In this document: positions 56,801-64,000 of the stretch, one piece after another
Position numbering within the stretch: the stretch's first letter is position 1
How the letters are laid out: each line of letters opens with the position of its first letter
NCBI GenBank assembly: GCA_907165135.1
Contig: OU015568.1
Span: forward strand, 6,634,001 to 6,698,000
Direction of reading: 5' to 3'
DNA length: 64,000 bases
Source of the DNA: Oikopleura dioica
Lineage: Eukaryota > Animalia > Chordata
Translations under genes and position numbers: made by a program
Notes under the pieces: generated by a model
The model's input: only the letters and a program-made list of their open reading frames with translations
The model's database searches: none
Told to the model about the DNA's origin: nothing

Positions 56801-59800
56801 TTCCAAGTATTCGTCAAGTTCTATCACTAGAACTGAGAGGACAGGCGACTAGGAGGTCCACTTGAAAATGACTTTCTTTTTTTAGTGATGCGTTCAGATA
56901 TTACCTGGGTAGATTCCTAACCCTAACCCTCCCCGGTAGAAACGAAGGGCTATTTTTAACAGAAAAATTAGGATGCTTCCATTCTGACGGATTTTTGCTT
57001 CCTCCTTCGTAGATGTAAAATAGGGGGTCCCCTAGTTCATCCTTGACTTTTAACGTTTGATACCCTAGTTCATCCCGCCCACGCAGTCTTTCTTCTCTTC
57101 AACAATCTCGAAAAAAGCGCACAAACCAGCTAAAAGACTGCATGGGCGGGATGAACTAGGGTACCACACGTTAAAAGTCAAGGATGAACTAGGGGACCCC
57201 CTATTTTTTATTTTTGGCGTTATGAGAGTTTCTAGAACAAATTTGTTTACTTAAAAAAAATAAAAATTTTATTTTTACTGATAAAATAAAAGGGGATTGT
57301 AAAAAGAAAAATTTTTAATTCTTAAAATAAACAAATTTGTTCTAGAAACTTTGGTAAAAATTCGTTAAAATGGCTACTTTTTGAAGAATAATAAATCGTG
57401 GATTTTCAAGTCATCTTCTACGCAATCAAAAACCGATCGATCGCGCTGAACAACTTCCCCTTATCGTAACGTATTTCTAAACCAAAAAGATAGAGAAACT
57501 CTCGAAGATCAAAAATTCGAGCTTGAAGAACAGCTCAACCGCATGCAACGCGATTTGCAGCTCAGGTAACAAAAGCTATCTGACCAAAGGAGCAAAGTTC
57601 GTTTTAGACATACGCTGGTTCACGATGGGCTGGAGGGTGCTGCGCCGGATGAAATTGCTTCGCGTTTTAGTAAGTTGCGGGAGGGAATGAGAATTTCACA
57701 AAATTAAGAGGGAGGGGCTTCAGCTTAGAGGGTTTTTAAAGGTCAAGGCTTGACAACCTGTTTGGTAAACCTGAGTCAGGGTTCTAAAGAGTTTCAATGA
57801 AAAGCCTAGTAGCGGCTTTTTAAAAATCGAAGCCGCGAAGCGGCTTCGCAACATGATTATTTGAATCTATCTTCAAATACCGGCGAAGCCGCTTTGCGGC
57901 TTCGATTTAAAAAAAAGCCGCTACGCGGCTTTTCATTTAAGCCTTCGGAACCCTGATTCAGGCTATTTTAGCAACCCTAGGGCCTAGGCTTAGCAAAGAT
58001 CTTTTAGTCCTCCAGGGGCCAAAAAGCTTAGTGAACAGCTAAAAATTAAAATTCAACAAACAAGTAGATTTGCTATGCACGTCGTCAGCTCTGCTTCACG
58101 AAAGACCACAGATGGCATATCTCATCCCCTACGCGTCGTGTTTTTGTTTTCCTTAAAAATTTTTTCATAAAAATTCAAATTTTCTGCCAGTACTTTTCAG
58201 ACAGCAATTCAACAGTACTTTTCGCCCGGTCAGCAAATCACCTTTTTGAACTTTTTGCGTTGTCGGATGTTTATTTACCCGCGCTTTTGGGTGTCACCAG
58301 CTAAAAGCAGCTTTCCTCTAAAACGCGTGGCTACGGTAACACCGCTTTCGCGAATTTCTCGACAAATGAACTGGCTTTTGACTTTCTCGATGGGCTTACA
58401 CGTTGCTCTAAATACTCCTTGTCAAGCGAATAATTTGCTATTTTCTTCCACCTGCGACGCCTGAAAACGTTTTTTCACACAACTATTCAACTCTTAGTGG
58501 TTATGCGCGAAAAGTACAAGACAAGTTTGGCAGCAAACGAGAAGCTAAAAGAAAAACTGCGGGAAGTTTCGGACTCGATAACACGCGGAGAAGGGCAGAA
58601 AAACAACCTGCTTAATGAGCTAAAGCGGTAATTATTATTTTGACGATCATATTTACGCGTAATACTCAAATTCGAGAGAAATTAATTTTGAGTTCTGACA
58701 TGATCTTCTAGACTCAAAAACCTGAGTCAGGGTCTGAAAGAGCTTGAATGGAAAGCCGCGCAGCGGCTTTTTCGAAATCGTAGCCGCGAAGCGGCTTCGC
58801 CAGAATAAAAATTAGAAATTAATATTAATTTTGTTTATTAATTATTAAATTAATTATTATTAATTAATTAAAATCTAGAATTATTTTTGTAATACTATAT
58901 TTATAATATATATAATATATTTTTTATCAATTAAATTTTTTGTAATTAATAATTAATAATAATTTTCTTAATATTAATATTTCTTTCTAACTTTTATTCT
59001 GGCGAAGCCGCAAAGGCTTTTTTTTCAAAAAAGCCGCTACGCGGCTTTTCATTCAAGTTCTTTCAGTTTCCCCTGACTCAGGTTTTGAACAAAGGTTGCC
59101 GACTCTGCCAGCGGTATTGCCGCTCATAAACACCTTGTTTTAGATAGTATAGTAGCGGTAGTAGTATTGTTATATAATTTTTTGCAGCGGTTTATCTTTC
59201 GAACTAATCGTGACGTTGTGTTTGTAACATTTTTCAAAATTGTTAGAAAGTCATTTTCAAAATATCGCTCATTCAAATGCTTTCAATGTTCTCGTGGTGA
59301 ATTTTTGAAATTCGTGAACACGCAACAGCAATTTTTAAATCAATCTTGCTCAGTAAATGCCTTCAAATCGTTGCTGGAAGCTGAAGGTCAATCTTGGATC
59401 AAAACGAAAATGATTCATATTCATTCAAATAGATTTCAATCCACTTTTCTAGTGCTTCGGATCAGTCAGACAAACATCTTGAAGAGCTCAACCGGATGTC
59501 AAGAAGGGTAAGTACTACTTACTAAGTAGTTAAGACCTAGGGTAGTAAGGGGAGTGGTACCCCCAGTTGAAGCCCCCAAGTTGAAAATTAGTCCCCCCCC
59601 CCGTCTGGGGGTCCTCCTAGAAGTTGCCTACCTTAGGTTCCTAAAAGACGGTTCCCCTCAAGGTACTTACAGTAATGATTACATACAGTTGAACATGATC
59701 CGAACCGAACTCGTCTATCTTCCCGAAAAAGTGACTCGCAATAAACACGAGCTGGTAAAAAAAATGTTTTCAAATTCAATCAAATCGGAGAAAAGAATAA

Positions 59801-62038
59801 AAGTTTCGAAATTTCCTTTTAGCCAAACCCAAAATATCTAAACGCATAATCCCTAGACACCGAAAATTCATCATCGCCTGTTACACCATCCATACATCAA
59901 CAGTAGTCCTTAGTCGTAGTCGTGTTTTGGATAAATCGGAAGCGATAAAAAGCTGTTCTGAATTTTTGGCACGTTTAAAACGCACGGATTATTATTTCAA
60001 TGCCTGAATTCTGACTACAGGAGCATGAAGAGTAACAAAGTTTTCTAGCTAAAAGACCAGAAGAAACTGGAAGACCTGTGCAAAGAGCAAGAGAGGATCA
60101 TTTCAAAGCTAGAAGAATTATTTGCCAAAACGAGGGTCAACGTTGATACCAGTAAGTCCTTTTTTCAACCCATTTTTGATGTCATTTTTGTCTCAAAGAC
60201 AAATTAAACTTAATGCTAAACTTGGTACCCCGGAAGTATAGTTACCCGTGTTTTGGGTACTTAGCAATGGTGTATGTTTCTAATTATCGACACAGAAAAG
60301 AAGGTGCCCCGCTGGCTCTTATCACCGTCGCTCGGCTGGAGACCCAAGTCAACAAAGAAAATAATTAAACTTTCTAATACAGACGTTTTATCTCTGCCTG
60401 GGCAGGCTTATCGGACGAATGGGGTGATAAGGACGAGGGTAACCGTGGACAGATGGTTTCAAAATATTAGGAGGACTTTAAGGATCTTCCAATAATTTGA
60501 AGGGGAGAAAATGGGCGAAGAAAGATCAGGGAATTAAGGGTCTACCCCCTCGTAATTAAAAAGTCTTCATAAAAAATCCATTTTTTGATAAGAATCTTGA
60601 TCAATTTCTGTTTCTAGGATGGAAAGACGACGTGGACCGGCTGATGCACGCGACCAAAACCAGGAAATGTTCAAATACCGTTCTAGGGATGTATTACCGT
60701 CAATTCGAATTCCAAGGAATTCGACTAAAAATGTCCTTTTCTAGCCGAAATCTTATGTGAAACGCTCTATTATTCCGATAGCTGATGACTTGTTCGAGTT
60801 TTACCTTACCGCATCATCAAATTAGATCGAGTTTTTTTGAGAACAAAGTCAAGAGAAAAGTACACTCCTGGGAACTACGCTTTGCCGCAATATTCTGCTG
60901 TCCCTGGACTCGCTCCGCCCAATTCAAAAGCTCTTCCTGGCTATCACATGCAAGAGGAAATCGAGGCACGTATTTTCAAGCGCTCCTTGAAATGAGCAGC
61001 TTTAGAACAGTTTTCCTGGTAGAAACAAAAATACCGTCGAGTTGAACAAAAAATCATAAACGCTTCTCTGCGGTCGCGGGCACTCAACACGGGGAAATCA
61101 TTTTCGGGGAATTAGAAGAGTCTCTAAACGCGAAACTGTTGCCGTTCTTTTTTTCGATCCACTTAATTCTTCCCCACTAATTATTTACCAATTGACCCTC
61201 TTGAGACGTCAACAGAGGTCAAGAACCTTCGAAATTTCAGGGGCAAGTTTTTGCGTCAATCACGGGTCTGCTTCGTCAACCTGTGTAAAAAACCTGAGTC
61301 AGGGTTCTGAAAAGCCTTAATGAAAAGCCGCGTAGCGGCTTTTTTTTTCAAACGAAGCCGCATAGCGGCTTCGCAATATCACCAGTTCATACGCGGCTTT
61401 TCATTTAAGCTCTTCAGAACCCTGACTCAGGTTTTCTACACAGGTTGCCGAGCCCAACTAACGGGCCCATCGTAACTTTATTAAGGACCCCCCCGTCAGT
61501 TTTTTCCTTCGAAAAATGGAAATTGAAAATGGAAAATTGATTTTTCGAAAAAAGCTGAAGGGGGGGGGGTCCTTAACTAGCAAAACAATAAATAGCTTTG
61601 AATTTGAGCTCGTAACAAAAAAGGGTCACTTCCAGACCCGAACCGCTGAGGCCTGAATTTCTAATACCGTAAAAGCCCCCATCGCTATTATTCTACACAC
61701 AGTGCGCTGCACACTAACTAACTAGCGTTATCTTCACTAATTGTGGGAAGCGTCTCCCTTAAACCGACCGTGGTATTTACTCAACGTGGGTCCGGGATGC
61801 ATGATGAGGAAATTTTCGGCATCTCTAAATAACCGCTCGTTTTCATGTAGACGGAGAGGATGAGAACGGCGATGCTCGAACGACAGATCAACGAAATGGC
61901 GAGGGAACACGCGAGGGAAAAGCAGGATCTTGTCAACAGAATTGAGGAAATCAGGTAAATGAAAAAAAATCTTACCCAGCAACTTTTGCATAAAAAAATG
62001 AAGGATCAATCAGCTTGAAATTCCAAAGCATGAAATAA
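47880..62038 (+). CDS. CCDC33: CCDC33-like C2-domain/coiled-coil protein with many exons and long MITE-filled introns (5' end uncertain)
   Basis: Dispersed exons resemble CCDC33 as recalled: EEIEVLVHGASNL; LSIIDYDSKAVLSKFKIPSQRLQPFQQYHLELV; KKLEDLCKEQERIISKLEELF; LERQINEMAREHAREKQDLVNRIEEI. Confidence 0.65.
48135..48324. mobile_element. Foldback MITE family 1 copy
   Basis: Same arms. Confidence 0.75.
49378..49522. mobile_element. Foldback MITE family 1 copy
   Basis: Same arms, with internal duplication of tagaaaacctgag. Confidence 0.7.
50394..50565. mobile_element. Foldback MITE family 1 copy
   Basis: Same arms. Confidence 0.75.
50673..50840. mobile_element. Foldback MITE family 1 copy
   Basis: Same arms, right arm deleted. 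Confidence 0.65.
51346..51654. mobile_element. Foldback MITE family 1, nested or rearranged copies
   Basis: One left arm and two right-arm cctgactcagg ends. Confidence 0.65.
52197..52400. mobile_element. Foldback MITE family 1, truncated copy
   Basis: Left arm plus multiple AAGCCGC/GCGGCTT hairpins. Confidence 0.65.
52904..53059. mobile_element. Foldback MITE family 1 copy
   Basis: Same arms. Confidence 0.75.
53741..53798. mobile_element. Tiny TTAA-flanked MITE
   Basis: TTAA-GGGTGTCAACAAC...GTTGTTGACACCC-TTAA (13-bp perfect TIR). Confidence 0.7.
54214..54428. mobile_element. Foldback MITE family 1 copy
   Basis: Same arms. Confidence 0.75.
54938..55227. repeat. Three tandem hairpin units with CATCTGATTGGT/ACCAATCAGATG stems
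   Basis: Units start at about 54938, 55051 and 55131; each is an inverted repeat. Confidence 0.75.
55782..55950. mobile_element. Foldback MITE family 1 copy
   Basis: Same arms. Confidence 0.7.
57023..57201. mobile_element. MITE family 2 (~70-bp TIR, TA-flanked)
   Basis: TA-GGGGGTCCCCTAGTTCATCC...GGATGAACTAGGGGACCCCC-TA. Confidence 0.75.
57227..57350. repeat. AT-rich inverted repeat (probable MITE)
   Basis: AGTTTCTAGAACAAATTTGTTTA...TAAACAAATTTGTTCTAGAAACT (23-bp perfect arms). Confidence 0.7.
57744..57963. mobile_element. Foldback MITE family 1 copy
   Basis: Same arms. Confidence 0.75.
58717..59105. mobile_element. Foldback MITE family 1 copy with ~190-bp AT-rich loop
   Basis: Arms flank an almost pure A/T spacer. 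Confidence 0.75.
61268..61457. mobile_element. Foldback MITE family 1 copy
   Basis: Same arms. Confidence 0.75.
61481..61576. mobile_element. TTAA-flanked MITE with GGACCCCCCC termini
   Basis: TTAA-GGACCCCCCC.TCAG.TTTTT...AAAAA.CTGA.GGGGGGGGTCC-TTAA. Confidence 0.7.
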
Positions 62039-62288
62039 GCTTGCCAGTTGAAGGGTCTGTCAAAAACAAATTCTTGGTACTCACATGAACAATTTCGAAA
62101 GTTAGACATTTTTTGCACAACAGGACAATATCTTTGTATAGGCGGACAAGTTATCGAGAGAAACAAAAATTTCAAGTGGCGAATTTGACATTTTAGCAAG
62201 GGGCGAACTTGGCCTCAATTTTGACTCAAAATTTCAAAATCAAGTTATTAACCCATTTTGTTCGAAGATAAAATTAAACCAAGGGCAT

Positions 62289-62360
62289 ATTTCGGCCAAT
62301 TTTGGGCCATTTTCGGCCATTTTTCGGCTATTTTCGGCCATTTTTCGATCATTTTTGCCT
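62289..62360. repeat. Short minisatellite (TTTTCGGCCA)n
   Basis: About 6 degenerate 10-11-nt units. Confidence 0.6.
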
Positions 62361-63020
62361 TTTTTCCAACCTTATCCGAATCCGTTTGTCTACATTTAAC
62401 TCTGAAACAAGGAACGCCTTAGTTGCTTTTGATAACTTTTCAATTGCCCAACAAAGAACACTTAATTGAAAATATAGCTATGGTACTATCATCTTGGTAC
62501 TACCAAGAAATTGATCAACGAAAACGTTTGCCTGTCATATGCCAAGACAAACGGGTTTAGTTCAAGTGCTCCCACTTTTTCCCCGCAGGTGATTGTCGTT
62601 GACGCTTTTTTGCCCCTTGAAAATTGCTTGGTAGTACCAAGTTACATAAAACCCCCGCTCAGCAATACATCGGCAGCAAACGGTTTAATTTGTGTTTTCG
62701 GAAATAAACTGTGTTTCCGGCCACGTGGAAGTTCAGAGGTTGAATTTGTTCTGAATCCAGAACCGGGCAAATTTCGCGTTTATTCTAAACGCCGTTTACA
62801 ACAAATACGGATTATCATCGTGGCCAGGAGCGGCGACCTTCGGCTACACATGGGTCAGGCGCAAAAGTCCGGTCAGAATGGGTTATTTTATCACAAATTG
62901 TATTTTCCTCTTAGCCTTTTAAATCTCTGCTTTTTAGAACCGGCTACGCACCACCTCGAGTTCCTTCAAGATTCCCAGAAATTGGCGGAAACGGACCAGC
63001 TGGCGACACACGATCGAAGC

Positions 63021-63129
63021 CTGGGCTCGGCAACCTGTGTAGAAAACCTGAGTCAGGGTCTGAAAGATCTTTAATGAAAAGCCCTTTCAGATCCTGACTC
63101 AGGTTTTTTACACAGGTTGCCGAGCCCAG
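63021..63129. mobile_element. Foldback MITE family 1, short copy with TSD
   Basis: CTGGGCTCGG...CCGAGCCCAG; flanks ATCGAAGC / ATCCAAGC (7/8). Confidence 0.88.
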
Positions 63130-64000
63130 ATCCAAGCCTTTTGATCTGGGAGACCCTTATGGAAGACGATATTGAATGACCCCCCTCCCTTAAATTTCGA
63201 CTGTGTATTTCAAAACTTTTTCTCTGAAATTATTGCCTTTCTCTGAACTTTTCGAAATAAAAAAAATCTGATGAGACTTCAAGTGTAGTTGACCTTATTT
63301 CTAGGATCCCAACTTGTTTTGGTGATAATTTATAATAATTTGTCTAATGCAAAACTAATGATAAGGAGGGCTCATTTCTGTGAAAAAGTGGTAGTAAGTT
63401 CCAATGGTAGTGGCTCTAGTTCACGATCACATGATTGGAGAGTGCGATTAGCCTCCGTGTACATCCGGGATCATCCTTGTTGATAATCGCGCGTCGTCCA
63501 CCCTGAGCTGTCTTGTTTTCGCTGATGAGCGCAGCAGTCTCATAATAGCCAACCCTAACCGTCACAACAAATTGCCAAGGTCACCGAAGCCACTCCACTC
63601 TCCCCGTCAGCCCAACTTTCTAAAAGCAAATAATCATCATTGAAAAGAAGAACAAAAAAAGCAATCAGCCAACTTCCGACTTTGCCCTTATTACCGCTTC
63701 GAACTTTTTTCAAAAGTTTTTTTCAAAGAAAAAAAATGTTTTTCGAAATCTCAAAATTTCAAATTTCAACTATTTATTTGAAACATTCGGTAATTGTTTC
63801 TGGTGTTTACTAGAGCACAGCTTAGCTTATAATTCTTCAAGCGACACGTTTTACGCTGGTCATTGCCTTGGAGTCAAATATTTAGTGACAAAAGAAAAGC
63901 ATTCTCTAAAAACAATTTATTCTAACTGACCGGTATCTCACAGCTGTCTCAGCTTTTTTTAGAATCGTAGCTCTTAGATTTTGGCTCAAAAACCTGTGTA

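Noticed and set aside
60830-61020. Minus-strand PH-domain-like words (RRYFVST...FPLACDSQEELLNWAERVQ)
   Set aside because: Interrupted by a stop and antisense to a plausible CCDC33-like exon (YTPGNYALPQYSAVPGL...)
39646-63129. Recurrent palindromic repeats separated by unique sequence, superficially CRISPR- or REP-like
   Set aside because: Spacing is irregular (0.1-4 kb), units are 110-390-bp foldbacks with TSDs, the context is eukaryotic introns, and there are no cas genes

Overview
Eukaryotic genomic DNA from a very compact animal genome with tiny introns (about 40-50 nt, some GA-AG). This is most consistent with the appendicularian tunicate Oikopleura; the organism call is an inference. 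All gene models were assembled by hand from ORF fragments and splice signals. (1) 0-15 kb is gene-dense. Five minus-strand genes (DNAJB12, NHP2, GOSR1, ZDHHC22/24-like, RhoA-like) and four plus-strand genes (ELOB, ARPC4, ALAS, HDAC3) diverge from a ~660-bp CCAAT/AP-1 region, and tRNA-Asn follows. (2) 15-39 kb holds a secreted Ly6/LU-like Cys-rich protein, a PIM-like kinase and a 14-kb laminin alpha3/5 gene. (3) 39-64 kb is gene-sparse and MITE-rich, with a secreted EGF protein, an orphan membrane protein and a long-intron CCDC33-like gene. The most striking observation is in the laminin L4a domain. Two homologous cassette exons are separated by only 13 nt, so they must be mutually exclusive. 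The long one inserts ~480 aa (mucin, TSP1-like repeat, RKRR furin site) between the same two cysteines that enclose 9 aa in the short form. Other highlights are a DHHC-to-NHHC palmitoyltransferase, an ALAS with four CP motifs and no C-terminal extension, a ~21-copy foldback MITE family with 8-bp TSDs and AP-1 sites, and a hAT-type element filled with a GAGCT pentamer array.
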